A DNA stretch of 64,000 nt from a virus. The stretch lies in the IMG/VR virus record IMGVR_UViG_3300021963_008193, positions 1-64,000 of that record; one strand, given 5' to 3'. Position 1 is the first letter of the stretch; every line of letters begins with the position of its first letter. Made by a program: the position numbers and the translations under genes. Below, piece by piece: positions 27,894-37,774 of this stretch. The notes below the pieces were generated by a model, which saw only the letters and a list, made by a program, of their open reading frames with translations, ran no database searches and was not told where the DNA came from.

Positions 27894-29366
27894 TTACTTC
27901 ACATTAACAATCTGAAATTTTATTTGTCTTTTGTAGGTATTAATCTCACCCGAACTTTCTACCTTAATATCAATGAAATATTCATTAGGTATTTTATCTC
28001 TTGTATCGAACATAAAATAGTATTCGTTTGGAGTTCTATTTATTTTAGTCCAATCTTGAACTTGTACTTCTGTTTGACCTTCTCGTACATAAACACGATA
28101 ATACGCGTCCACTTTTTGTAAAAGTTTTTGAGTTGAGTAAGCTTGTTTAATGATAACACCAACTTTTCTAATATCGGTATTTAATATTTTTTCATCTTGT
28201 TTAATACCGTAATAATCAAACCCATAAATTTTTGGGTCGACAGATGTTGTCCCGATTTGAAGGGAATTTTTATATGGGTAAAGTGTGAAGTCATTAAGTA
28301 TTGGTGGAACATTAAATCCGTTAATATTCAAGTTATACCATCTATCTGAAAATGTGCAAGGTGTTTTGTAACCTGATAAAGGAGGGACAACAACTTCATA
28401 TATTCCTTTTGTTCTTTGACATGTTGGTAAATTAGTTAACCCAGGAATTACGGTCCCTGAGGAATCTAAAATATCTACCTTTGGTAAATCGTCTAAATTA
28501 ACAGGTTGTCCATTATCATATAGGTAAAGATATAGTTTGTTAACATGACCTAATGTGAATAGATTTCTATCATCATCAATTACGTCATTATAATTAGACT
28601 CTAAAAATGGTTCATAAAATGTTTGGGTATGTCTTGTAAAGAATTGTACCTCATAAGCATCTGTTAACCCCATTAGATTCTCAACTTGAGGTTTATAAGC
28701 TATCCCCCAACCTGAAACATTAGTTAACGTACCTTTTAAGATATCATTAATTTCGTCTGTCATATCAAAACTAACATTTTCATTACCAAATTCGAAATGT
28801 TGAGTTGCAACTACAGTTAATGCACTAAATGGGACAACCCCTAAATTTTTATTATTATAAATTCCTGGTTCTGTCCACACACCGATAGTTGTTGTTTGAT
28901 ACCAATTGGATGGTCTATCAGAAAAGTTTTTATCTAAATCACTATATTCATAAATCAAGTCAGCAAAATCATAACCAACGCCCTCATCCCAATATTGAGG
29001 CTGAGTCACATCATCATCAATGTAGGGAATTCTAAATAAGATTAAATCAAATGAAGTTGCTCTCATTCTTGTCTGAGAGGTTTTAGTGTTTAGTAACTCA
29101 ACATTAAAAAATGCCGTATTGGTCATTCTTAACGTATGTTTTACTGTGTCGGAACAGGTAGTATCGATACTAATAGTCCCATCATAAACCTTCTCCATTA
29201 ATAATGAAAGGTCTAAATTGAATATAAAACGACTATACCCATTTGGATATTCAGAACTTGCCAAAGAACCATAAAAAAGTTCTGTCACAGGGTTTCTTCC
29301 TGTGTTGGTAAAACTGTTAGATATTATCGTGTTATTCTTACTGAAATACGAATTATTTATTGACAT
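27894..29366 (-). CDS. Virion structural protein (baseplate/tail-associated, hypothetical)
   Basis: KNNTI...SRFIF.LDL...WDEG.GYD...F.RHTQTFYEPFLE pattern seen in large-phage structural genes; late motif upstream. Confidence 0.55.
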   Translation of the reverse strand: MSINNSYFSKNNTIISNSFTNTGRNPVTELFYGSLASSEYPNGYSRFIFNLDLSLLMEKVYDGTISIDTTCSDTVKHTLRMTNTAFFNVELLNTKTSQTRMRATSFDLILFRIPYIDDDVTQPQYWDEGVGYDFADLIYEYSDLDKNFSDRPSNWYQTTTIGVWTEPGIYNNKNLGVVPFSALTVVATQHFEFGNENVSFDMTDEINDILKGTLTNVSGWGIAYKPQVENLMGLTDAYEVQFFTRHTQTFYEPFLESNYNDVIDDDRNLFTLGHVNKLYLYLYDNGQPVNLDDLPKVDILDSSGTVIPGLTNLPTCQRTKGIYEVVVPPLSGYKTPCTFSDRWYNLNINGFNVPPILNDFTLYPYKNSLQIGTTSVDPKIYGFDYYGIKQDEKILNTDIRKVGVIIKQAYSTQKLLQKVDAYYRVYVREGQTEVQVQDWTKINRTPNEYYFMFDTRDKIPNEYFIDIKVESSGEINTYKRQIKFQIVNVK

Positions 29367-29387
29367 CAATGCTTTATTACATAAATA

Positions 29388-30959
29388 TCAATTAATTCGG
29401 ATATTTTGATTTAAGATTGAATTTTCAGCGTCAGCAAGTATTTGGTCTATCTCAGTAGTCGTCTGTCCATTACCCGCAGCGACAGGGACAGGAGGCATTG
29501 TTGCTATTTGGTGGACGTGACCTTTAACATAAGAAAAGATTTTTCTTAACAATATCATCAATTGGTCACCTCTAACTGTTGGGTATGTTTGATTAGAAAT
29601 ACTTTTCTCATCACCAATGAATTTATCTTGAGGTATACCGTATAATGTTTGTTGTAAATTAATTTGACCTTTTGGTCCTGTGGAATCCTGAGATAACAAA
29701 TATATCCTTTGACCACCTAAAATTCCGTAAGTTATTGATGATGGGTCAAATTCTGCAGGAGTTACAGTTTCTGTTTTAACATCTGCTTGAGGGCCTATCA
29801 AAGGTTTACCATTTTTGTTTTCAGATACTAAAAAGAATCCACTTTCTAATTTACCTTTGGTTAATTTAATTTTAGTATAGAATCTAAGATAATTAGCCAA
29901 TTCCGCGACTTCGTTAGATGTTGTTGAGGATGAAAATTTATGACCTTTTTCATATGTTAACTTTGATGGGGTAACGATAAAAGGATACACGTCATTTGAA
30001 AAGTTTTGTTGATTATTAACAGTATAACCTGTTATATCTAAACGACCTTCAAGTAACGCACCTGCGAATTTATTTATTAAATAAACCGCTTCATCAAATG
30101 AAACACTTGTAAAAGTTATTTCCTCTAATGGACCTGTGTAATTAGTACCTATCGATAGATTAGTAATTGTTTTAGGTTTAAAATTTGCAGTGGTAACCAT
30201 AGTGGAATTAGGAATGATGTTATATAAACCAACAGAACCATTAAATACATCCTGAGTATTTTCAAGAGTGTCTATATTCCACATAACCATTTTTTTAACA
30301 ACTTTAATTACCTCTTGTAATTTTGTCTTTGTTTCAGGTTCACCTAATATTTTTGTTTGAGTAAAATTAGATAATTGTAAAAATGACCTAAATTGATTAC
30401 CAACAGGTAATTGACTTGTTTTTAAAGACTTAGTTTTACCCGCTCTAATTAAAACTTCATTTTCCTTAACCACAACATCGGCACTACCTCTACCTAAAAG
30501 AGAATTATCTCCAGGTTCAGGAAAAACACCATAACTATTTTTATCTCGATAAGTACCGTCAGTATTTCTAATACTTAAACCTTCTTTAATTCTTTCTCCT
30601 GAAGCCAAAAATTTCTTTGCTCCCTGATAGTACTCAAAAGGTGTTAACATTGGAGATGAAAACGGTCCTTGAATATAAAATTGGTTTCTATATGGGAAGT
30701 TTTTATCTTGGTATATAATGTGAACGTATTCGTCTTTCTTTGGGACCTGATTAAAGTAAAAAGGTAACAACGGTAAAAACACTAAAGGGTCTTTACTCGT
30801 CCATCTATCAGTTAATTCATTCCAATTATCAACGGATTTAATAATTGAATCATAATCTTTAGTTTCAGGAATTACACGAAGTCTACCTAACATCATAGGG
30901 TCTTGGTCGTCATAGACAATTCCTGGAAATATTATTTGTGCGTGATTAACTAAATTCAT
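29388..30959 (-). CDS. Baseplate hub/spike protein (gp5/VgrG-like OB fold, no lysozyme domain)
   Basis: [17 protein letters not shown]...PLLP...[11 protein letters not shown] (OB fold); C-terminal VRGDQL...HVH metal-binding tip motif. Confidence 0.75.
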   Translation of the reverse strand: MNLVNHAQIIFPGIVYDDQDPMMLGRLRVIPETKDYDSIIKSVDNWNELTDRWTSKDPLVFLPLLPFYFNQVPKKDEYVHIIYQDKNFPYRNQFYIQGPFSSPMLTPFEYYQGAKKFLASGERIKEGLSIRNTDGTYRDKNSYGVFPEPGDNSLLGRGSADVVVKENEVLIRAGKTKSLKTSQLPVGNQFRSFLQLSNFTQTKILGEPETKTKLQEVIKVVKKMVMWNIDTLENTQDVFNGSVGLYNIIPNSTMVTTANFKPKTITNLSIGTNYTGPLEEITFTSVSFDEAVYLINKFAGALLEGRLDITGYTVNNQQNFSNDVYPFIVTPSKLTYEKGHKFSSSTTSNEVAELANYLRFYTKIKLTKGKLESGFFLVSENKNGKPLIGPQADVKTETVTPAEFDPSSITYGILGGQRIYLLSQDSTGPKGQINLQQTLYGIPQDKFIGDEKSISNQTYPTVRGDQLMILLRKIFSYVKGHVHQIATMPPVPVAAGNGQTTTEIDQILADAENSILNQNIRIN

Positions 30960-31168
30960 TTTTTAACTCTTGAGTTGTATTCTTTTAAAATTGTATCGTA
31001 ACTTAATTCTAATTTATCTAAATGATGTGTTAATTTAAGTAACGTTTCTTTAGTTAAATTAAAATCTTCCTGTATAAAGTCCATAACAAAAACCAAATCT
31101 TTATTCGATTGTGTTTTATAATCTTTTAATATTTTAAGTGCTTTTTCAGCTTCTTCTTTTTTAGTCAT
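30956..31168 (-). CDS. Small coiled-coil hypothetical protein
   Basis: 70-aa ORF coupled to both neighbours. Confidence 0.6.
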   Translation of the reverse strand: MTKKEEAEKALKILKDYKTQSNKDLVFVMDFIQEDFNLTKETLLKLTHHLDKLELSYDTILKEYNSRVKK

Positions 31169-31170
31169 TA

Positions 31171-33081
31171 TTACATTTTTTTACCGAATGCACTTGTCGG
31201 AACTGTAAGTCCCGCAGGTGTTATACTTAATGCCCCAACCGCGATTTGTACTTTACCATTTTCCGCTTCCTCATTCGCCATTGCTTTCATTTGGGCTAAT
31301 TTACTTAGGACTTCTAAATTTGGACTCCCATCAGGCATAGGTCCTGTAGGTATACCTAATTTTTGCATTTCCTCAATTGCACCGATAAACGCTCTCGATT
31401 CTGAATAACCATCCATTAACTGAGAAGCGAATAATAAAGGTAGAGGAATACTGTTTAATCCAAATCCTGACGTTGCAATTTTTAACAACCAAAGTAATTC
31501 ATCAACAACACTTTTACACTTTCTCCAATCACTTATGAATTGTGCAACGACTAATAACAATTGTATTAATTTTAGAATCATTGTAATTCTTTTATCTCCT
31601 TGTTCTTTGGCGATATCCATTATAACTTGTTGTAGTAAATTTTTAATGTCTTTCTTAATAAGTTCAAACAATTCTTTAACGAATAGTCCACCAATTTTCG
31701 ATACTAAATTAATAACAAAACTTTTAAACGATTTTGCAAATGTGACATAAGAATTTACTTGGTCTACTACTGTTTGTCCTAAAGCCTTTAACATTGTAAA
31801 GATGGGTAATAAAATTTTTGGACCAAGTAACGCACCAATTAAACCTTGTACAATTAATTTAACAAAGTTCAAATCCACCGCGGCTTGTATATTACCCGTT
31901 ATTGCTAACCCCGACCATTCAGGGTTCTCAGTCATCGCATTTGTTAAATTATCTGCAGCGTTAACCAAATCGGTATCAGGGACGTACAATAAATTATTTA
32001 TCGAATCAACAATAGAATCTGCATCGACAGGTAATTTAACATTATCACAATTTTCATATTCAACAACGCCGTTTTTAATATTAGTAACTTTTAAATCAAT
32101 GTTTCTTAAATCAATGTCAGTAAACTCGAAAAAAGCATCGTCCACACCATCCAACTCAGCAACTTTAGCGACCCCACTAACATCTATTTCAGTTTTATTA
32201 TCAAAACAAAGACCCAAAATTCTTTGGAGTATTAATTCAAATTTAGTCGCGTCTTCGGCTTGAACTAAACCTACACTAGCCTTTATTGAAACCGCACCTG
32301 ATAATGAATTCATTATTGATGCCATAATATTATGAAAATCAACAATTTTAATTGTTTTATAATAATCAACTAAAAATTCACCAACCTTGTTAATGTTATT
32401 AACTCGGTTAGGTAGTGTGACTTTATACCAAGGTCCTGATTGACCAATATTATCAAACTCAACATATTGTATATCAAATAAATCTTGACCTGATTGACCA
32501 ATATATAATTGACCATTATCAACAGAATATGGTTGACCACTTTCAATACGTTTAAATAATTCTTTATTTAAAGAAAACGGATATGTTTGAACTTGTATTG
32601 GGTCCTTTTCATATAAAGATTTACCAACCTCATCTGTTGGGTCTTTAGTTAAGATATTAGCAATATCTATTGATGGGATTTTAATGTATAAAGTTTGTGC
32701 ATTAAACATTTGTTGTTGGTCACAACCAACCGCGTTTAAAGATTCATCAAGTAAAATCTCCGCAATCTTAGGTTCAATATTTTTTAAAGTTTGTATTAAT
32801 AATTTCTTAACGTATTTGATAGAATTACTACCTTTACCACCAGTTACATTATTAATATCTAAAAGTTCCTCAAACTGACTTTTGATTTGTTTCTCAAAAC
32901 GTTTTGTTTGGTCTTTTATATTGTTTAAAGTTTCAGTAACATTCGCCTTTTTTTCATCGAAACTTTCACCTGCCTTTTTTTTTGCAGAACTATATTGGTC
33001 CTTTAAATCGGTATATGCCTTTGTTGCAGATACCTTTTCTTGGACTTTTTTGTAATCGACATTTAAATCTAAAGACGCCAT
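31171..33081 (-). CDS. Baseplate/tail-associated hypothetical protein
   Basis: 636-aa helical protein ending GIPTGPMPDGSPN...GKVQIAV...ITPAG; adjacent to the gp5-like gene. Confidence 0.5.
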   Translation of the reverse strand: MASLDLNVDYKKVQEKVSATKAYTDLKDQYSSAKKKAGESFDEKKANVTETLNNIKDQTKRFEKQIKSQFEELLDINNVTGGKGSNSIKYVKKLLIQTLKNIEPKIAEILLDESLNAVGCDQQQMFNAQTLYIKIPSIDIANILTKDPTDEVGKSLYEKDPIQVQTYPFSLNKELFKRIESGQPYSVDNGQLYIGQSGQDLFDIQYVEFDNIGQSGPWYKVTLPNRVNNINKVGEFLVDYYKTIKIVDFHNIMASIMNSLSGAVSIKASVGLVQAEDATKFELILQRILGLCFDNKTEIDVSGVAKVAELDGVDDAFFEFTDIDLRNIDLKVTNIKNGVVEYENCDNVKLPVDADSIVDSINNLLYVPDTDLVNAADNLTNAMTENPEWSGLAITGNIQAAVDLNFVKLIVQGLIGALLGPKILLPIFTMLKALGQTVVDQVNSYVTFAKSFKSFVINLVSKIGGLFVKELFELIKKDIKNLLQQVIMDIAKEQGDKRITMILKLIQLLLVVAQFISDWRKCKSVVDELLWLLKIATSGFGLNSIPLPLLFASQLMDGYSESRAFIGAIEEMQKLGIPTGPMPDGSPNLEVLSKLAQMKAMANEEAENGKVQIAVGALSITPAGLTVPTSAFGKKM

Positions 33082-33083
33082 AT

Positions 33084-33455
33084 TTATTTTTTCATTTTAT
33101 AGGTATCGTCTTTTGCAATATCTCGTTCTATTAAATTCTGAATAATGTCATCATCCATATTTAAATCTGATATTGAAAAGGCTTCTGTTGATGAACTTGA
33201 TTTTTCCCATATTGATGATTGTATCTTAGAAAGTGACAATTTCTTCTCAACACAGTCGTTAATAATTTTTTGTTGTTTCTCAATCACAGGACCTATAAGA
33301 GTCATATCTTCAGGTTCTTTCATCATAGCTAACATTTTATTCTGTATTCTTATAGCAGTATTTCTTTGTTCTACAAGTTCATTGTAAATTTCCTGTAATA
33401 AAGAAAGTATAGATTCCTTACTTAAATTAATTTCTTTTTTTGTTGGTCTTCCCAT
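33084..33455 (-). CDS. Hypothetical helical protein (small terminase-like is possible)
   Basis: 123 aa; late motif 3 nt from the ATG; two-helix pattern loosely like T4 gp16. Confidence 0.4.
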   Translation of the reverse strand: MGRPTKKEINLSKESILSLLQEIYNELVEQRNTAIRIQNKMLAMMKEPEDMTLIGPVIEKQQKIINDCVEKKLSLSKIQSSIWEKSSSSTEAFSISDLNMDDDIIQNLIERDIAKDDTYKMKK

Positions 33456-33480
33456 AACGATAAATATTAGTCCTTAATTT

Positions 33481-34230
33481 TTATTTTGACATTTTCTCAA
33501 CCAAGTTCAAATAGATAACTCGGTATTTCTTCATTGAAGAACGAATTTCTTTCGTTGATAGATTTGTCATTTCACGTAATGACAATAGAATTATATTTTT
33601 ATTAAACTTATTATTTGAATTTCCAATAAATATATTTTCATAATTTTCAAATAAATCATGTAATGCGTGACCTAATTTTATTTCATTTTCATTTAGGTTC
33701 TCCTGCTCAAGAAAAGAATCCAATTCCTGTAAAAAGTTTTTAATTACTTGAGATGGGTCAACATAATCATTATCTATTAAGTATGAAAAATCAGGGTTAT
33801 TCTCTAAATTCGATGAAATATCTTCGTAGGATATTTTTCTATTTATTTCTTTTTGGTCTTTAATTATTTGACCCATCAAATAATTCTTACAGATGGTTCC
33901 AAAATAAGAATAAGCCTTCTTTTCTTTAGAAGGTTTAAACTTATCAATTTTGGTCATCAAAAACGAATGGGTGTCGGTATGGATTTCATAGAAGTCCATA
34001 TCTTTACGATACAATTTATACCTTCTAATAATTGAAGATATCATTTTATCTAACGGTTTTCGTAGAAAATCATTGTAGATTTTATTTTTTTCGTCCCACG
34101 ATTCGGTAGTTAAAAATCGTACTACCGCTAATTCTTCTTGAACGTCAAAATAATTTGCTTGTTTTGGTTTTCTCCCTTTTCGTTTTAAATCTGTATCCGT
34201 ATTCCCTGATATAGTCAGTTCCTCACTCAT
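33481..34230 (-). CDS. Late-transcription sigma factor (T4 gp55-like)
   Basis: NYF...E.AV...L.KM...II..YK...D...FL..KI.KFKPSK.KKAYSYFGTICKNYL corresponds to the gp55 region-2 motif FxPxK...AFxYFT. Confidence 0.75.
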   Translation of the reverse strand: MSEELTISGNTDTDLKRKGRKPKQANYFDVQEELAVVRFLTTESWDEKNKIYNDFLRKPLDKMISSIIRRYKLYRKDMDFYEIHTDTHSFLMTKIDKFKPSKEKKAYSYFGTICKNYLMGQIIKDQKEINRKISYEDISSNLENNPDFSYLIDNDYVDPSQVIKNFLQELDSFLEQENLNENEIKLGHALHDLFENYENIFIGNSNNKFNKNIILLSLREMTNLSTKEIRSSMKKYRVIYLNLVEKMSK

Positions 34231-35033
34231 TAAACAGTTTGGGGTTCGTATTTTATGGCTCTATCATTAATAAAGAAATACTCTTTCTTAGCCGACTCAA
34301 CCCAAAATCTAACTTCTTCTTCAGTTAAAACTTCTTCACCATTTTTGTAATTCCAAAAAATAGACCCTTCACGTAAATTAAGATGTTTATAACCAATTTT
34401 AGGAATTGACATTATTTTAACTGAATTATGTGTCATCCTTAAGAAGAACTCATAACCAAATGTCAATTTGAATGATGGTTTTAATAAACCAAAATCAACG
34501 AATGAAGATTTTTTAATAACCATTCCTGAGATTTGGAAGTTTTGATACGTCTGAAGAGTATCATTACTTAGTATTCCCATTTCAGCTGCAATATTTAATG
34601 CAAACGTTGCTTCGTTAGTGAATCCTGCAAATTGACCTTTCTCATCTGTGTCAATAACAACAGGTAAAAATGCGTCAACATCAGGGTATGAGTTCGAATA
34701 TTTAACCACATTATTGAACCATATACTTGAATACTCATCATCAAATTCAAAAAGAGAGACCCACTTAGATTCCGATGACCTAACACCATGGTTTACTTGT
34801 TCTGCGAAGTTTGGGGTTTTAGTCCAAACAATTTTATTTACTTTTAAAGTCCCAAAATCATAGTCACCCAAAAACTCAACCAATGACGTTTCATCAGTAT
34901 GAACTATTACTAATTCATTAACTTGAGTTTTTTGGTTTTTAAGTGAGGTAATTGCCTTTTCAAAGTATTCGGCAAAACCGTTAGTTTTAGATGATTTAAT
35001 TGGTAGTATTACTGATACATCAAATTTTTCCAT
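34230..35033 (-). CDS. Glycosyltransferase family 2
   Basis: VSVILPI...AITSL.NQ...ELVIV...N.GV...WVSLFEFDDEY. Confidence 0.8.
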   Translation of the reverse strand: MEKFDVSVILPIKSSKTNGFAEYFEKAITSLKNQKTQVNELVIVHTDETSLVEFLGDYDFGTLKVNKIVWTKTPNFAEQVNHGVRSSESKWVSLFEFDDEYSSIWFNNVVKYSNSYPDVDAFLPVVIDTDEKGQFAGFTNEATFALNIAAEMGILSNDTLQTYQNFQISGMVIKKSSFVDFGLLKPSFKLTFGYEFFLRMTHNSVKIMSIPKIGYKHLNLREGSIFWNYKNGEEVLTEEEVRFWVESAKKEYFFINDRAIKYEPQTV

Positions 35034-35054
35034 TGTATATAATTTTTTAATTTT

Positions 35055-36113
35055 TTATTCTGTTGGTTCTAGTTTATTTAATTGTTCTTCAAAAGACACT
35101 AATCTTGTTTGGAGATATCCACCAAAAAGAGAATCGACTTCTTTATCAAATTCTTCTTTAGAACTTAATTCATTTACAGTTTCCGACATTGATTCAAACA
35201 TCTTCTCGTTGATATTATCCTCTAACCAATTTTGTAAGAAATCTGCCGCGAAATCAACTACTTGGTTTTTATTGTTAATCCAAAGACCATTATCTTCATT
35301 AATCCAATGAGGTAAAAGATTAGGAACCAAACCTAAAACAGGGACACCTGATATCATCGATTCTAATGGGAATGTACCATAAGCACTTGTCTCATCAATC
35401 CAAATAGAAAGAAAACAATCTTGTAATGCTTCTGAAAATTGTTTTTCACTCAATCCTTTCATATCTCTGAAAGTAATCCATCTGTATTGAGGAAATTTAA
35501 TGTAAAAACTTTTAATAATGTTCGCAGTATCTCTCTGTTCTCTTGAGTGGATAGCAATCATTGGTTTTGCTGGTAGAGTTTGTTTTTTAAAATCCTCAGA
35601 AATATATGGACGTAAAATATCAATACTTGAACTTCTCATAAGATTTGAGATGTGTTCTTTTTGGTGTTCGGAAGTTGTGATACATTTATGGAAACCTAAT
35701 TGTGACCACGTTTGACCTGGTTGTAGAGTTTCTAACATATGGTCATATGATTGACATAAGACAATTTTTGCACATGGTAATTTTGTAATTTGACTCATAA
35801 CAAATCCGTACAATTCAGGGATGATAATAAAATCATCAGGAGAAACCTCCAAGTTTTGACCCTCAATTGACCTATGAGGTAATTCCATATATTCCTTACC
35901 TAACCATCCTTCTACACCAACGTAGTCAGGTTTTTCATGTAACATTATAGGATTATAACCTTGTCTTGATAATGATAAACCTAAACGGTAAATATACGAC
36001 ACTGAAGCCTTTGCGTTACCTTTAGTATCTTGAACTAAGAGATAAAGTTTTGATTTTTTATTTCTTAGATTCTCTATTGATTGTTCTAATTTTTTAATTT
36101 GTTCTTGATTCAT
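35055..36113 (-). CDS. Glycosyltransferase (GT-B/GT4-like)
   Basis: IIPE..., and C-terminal DETSAYGTFPLESMISGVPVLG (variant of E.FG...EAM..G.PV). Confidence 0.7.
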   Translation of the reverse strand: MNQEQIKKLEQSIENLRNKKSKLYLLVQDTKGNAKASVSYIYRLGLSLSRQGYNPIMLHEKPDYVGVEGWLGKEYMELPHRSIEGQNLEVSPDDFIIIPELYGFVMSQITKLPCAKIVLCQSYDHMLETLQPGQTWSQLGFHKCITTSEHQKEHISNLMRSSSIDILRPYISEDFKKQTLPAKPMIAIHSREQRDTANIIKSFYIKFPQYRWITFRDMKGLSEKQFSEALQDCFLSIWIDETSAYGTFPLESMISGVPVLGLVPNLLPHWINEDNGLWINNKNQVVDFAADFLQNWLEDNINEKMFESMSETVNELSSKEEFDKEVDSLFGGYLQTRLVSFEEQLNKLEPTE

Positions 36114-36117
36114 ATTC

Positions 36118-36387
36118 TTAGTATTTATTTAATAATTTTTTATTTAACAAACTGTTAAAGGCCAATTTAAAAGGAATTGATAATTCATTACTTTTCATTG
36201 CCAAGGTTTCATCCACCTCTTCATTCTCAGTCATTATGACATCGACAAGGACTTTAATCATATCGTATTTAACAACACTTATGTGATTTTCAGACATTCC
36301 AGTATAATCCTCAGGTTGTTTAATCGTTGTAAATTCCTCAATTTTATCTAAGTCTAGATAATAATGGTCTCCTAATATTTTTAACAT
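36118..36387 (-). CDS. Hypothetical protein
   Basis: 89-aa ORF within the operon. Confidence 0.65.
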   Translation of the reverse strand: MLKILGDHYYLDLDKIEEFTTIKQPEDYTGMSENHISVVKYDMIKVLVDVIMTENEEVDETLAMKSNELSIPFKLAFNSLLNKKLLNKY

Positions 36388-36983
36388 TACACGAGTTCTT
36401 TTAATTTATCCCCCAACTCTTTAATTGACTTAATTGTATGGGTGGTATTTATGGTTTTATTATATTCCGTCTCATACTTTATAATCAATTTATTTGACGG
36501 ATAATCTAATAATAAAGCAGGGTTTGAAGTAAGTAAAAGGTCTATTTCATCCCACATAGAATTAATTGTATAATTACTATAGAATTTTACTTTTTCTAAT
36601 TGACATCCAAACTTAGACAAGAAGAATAATGATGCGGGTTTTGATTTCCCTATTTCATCAGATACGATGATTAAATCATGATTATCTCTTAAATCAACAT
36701 ATACCTCATTTAAATCATTAAACGTACTATATTCAGTTGATTGAGAGTGACCAAAAATCTCCATTGGGAATTCCTCATACAAGAATGAAAACATTTCTTC
36801 ATCGTTTTGGAATTTAAAATGGGACTTTAAATCTAAACTATTAACAGGTAATGACATCTCATAAACAAATTCGTTCTCAGTTTCAATACCATCAGTTTTG
36901 TCAATTAAAAATTTCTGATAAGTTTGTTCAATCTTACCAAGGGTATTTCTAAGAACCCCATTTATCTCAATCCCAATTCTCAT
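36387..36983 (-). CDS. HAD-fold 5'(3')-nucleotidase-like protein with degenerate catalytic motif
   Basis: MRIGIEINGVLRN aligns to IGIDIDGVL.D; later YN...I motif. The DxD is replaced by ExN. Confidence 0.55.
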   Translation of the reverse strand: MRIGIEINGVLRNTLGKIEQTYQKFLIDKTDGIETENEFVYEMSLPVNSLDLKSHFKFQNDEEMFSFLYEEFPMEIFGHSQSTEYSTFNDLNEVYVDLRDNHDLIIVSDEIGKSKPASLFFLSKFGCQLEKVKFYSNYTINSMWDEIDLLLTSNPALLLDYPSNKLIIKYETEYNKTINTTHTIKSIKELGDKLKELV

Positions 36984-37717
36984 TGCTCCTCGTATTTTTC
37001 TAATATGCTACTGATTAATGGGTTTCTTACAATATCATTTTTATCTTTAAACTCAAAGGTTGAGATATTCTTAGAGTCTCTAAATTTTTCAATTGCATCC
37101 CATAAACCACTGTGTGTTTTATTCTTGTATTTATCAGATTGTTCAACATCTCCCGAAATAAAGAATTTACTATTGAAACCAATTCTTGTCAATAAAAGTT
37201 TCATTTGACTTGGTGAGGCATTTTGACCCTCCTCAAAAATTAATATTGAATTATCAATATTCATACCTCTCATGTAAGCCAATGCAAACACCTCAATAAC
37301 ATCAAGGTCTTTTAATTTTTCACGAGCTTCTTTACCAATAATTTTATTCATTAAGTAATAAGAAGGGAAAATATATGGGTCCAATTTCTCCTCAACATTT
37401 CCTGGTAATGAACCTAATTTTTCTTCAGCTTCAACCGCAGGTCTAACGATGATAATTTTTTCGTAAGGTGTTGTTGGGTCTGAGATTAAGTCGATTGCTG
37501 CTTTCATGGTAATGTAACTTTTACCAACTCCCGCGGGACCTGAACAAATCGTTATCTCACTTGAGATTAAAGTATCGTAATACTTTTTTTGGTTATTGGT
37601 TAAGAATTTTTCTTTAGTTTTTTTCTTAACAATTTCCATAATCAAATCTTTTCTGTTAACGTGTTTTCTTGGTTCTTCAGAATTTTGAGTTTGATTTGTT
37701 TTTTTTCTTTGTGTCAT
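36980..37717 (-). CDS. phoH: PhoH-family ATPase
   Basis: NQKKY, GPAGVGKSY, IIIVRPAVEA.EKLGSLPG...EK..PY, LAYMRG, EGQN, LLTRIG, GDVEQSD, DIVRNPLI. Confidence 0.93.
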   Translation of the reverse strand: MTQRKKTNQTQNSEEPRKHVNRKDLIMEIVKKKTKEKFLTNNQKKYYDTLISSEITICSGPAGVGKSYITMKAAIDLISDPTTPYEKIIIVRPAVEAEEKLGSLPGNVEEKLDPYIFPSYYLMNKIIGKEAREKLKDLDVIEVFALAYMRGMNIDNSILIFEEGQNASPSQMKLLLTRIGFNSKFFISGDVEQSDKYKNKTHSGLWDAIEKFRDSKNISTFEFKDKNDIVRNPLISSILEKYEEQ

Positions 37718-37774
37718 AGACGTTTTTAATATAAATTTATGTCATCATAAATAATTGTAAACTCCTAATGTATT

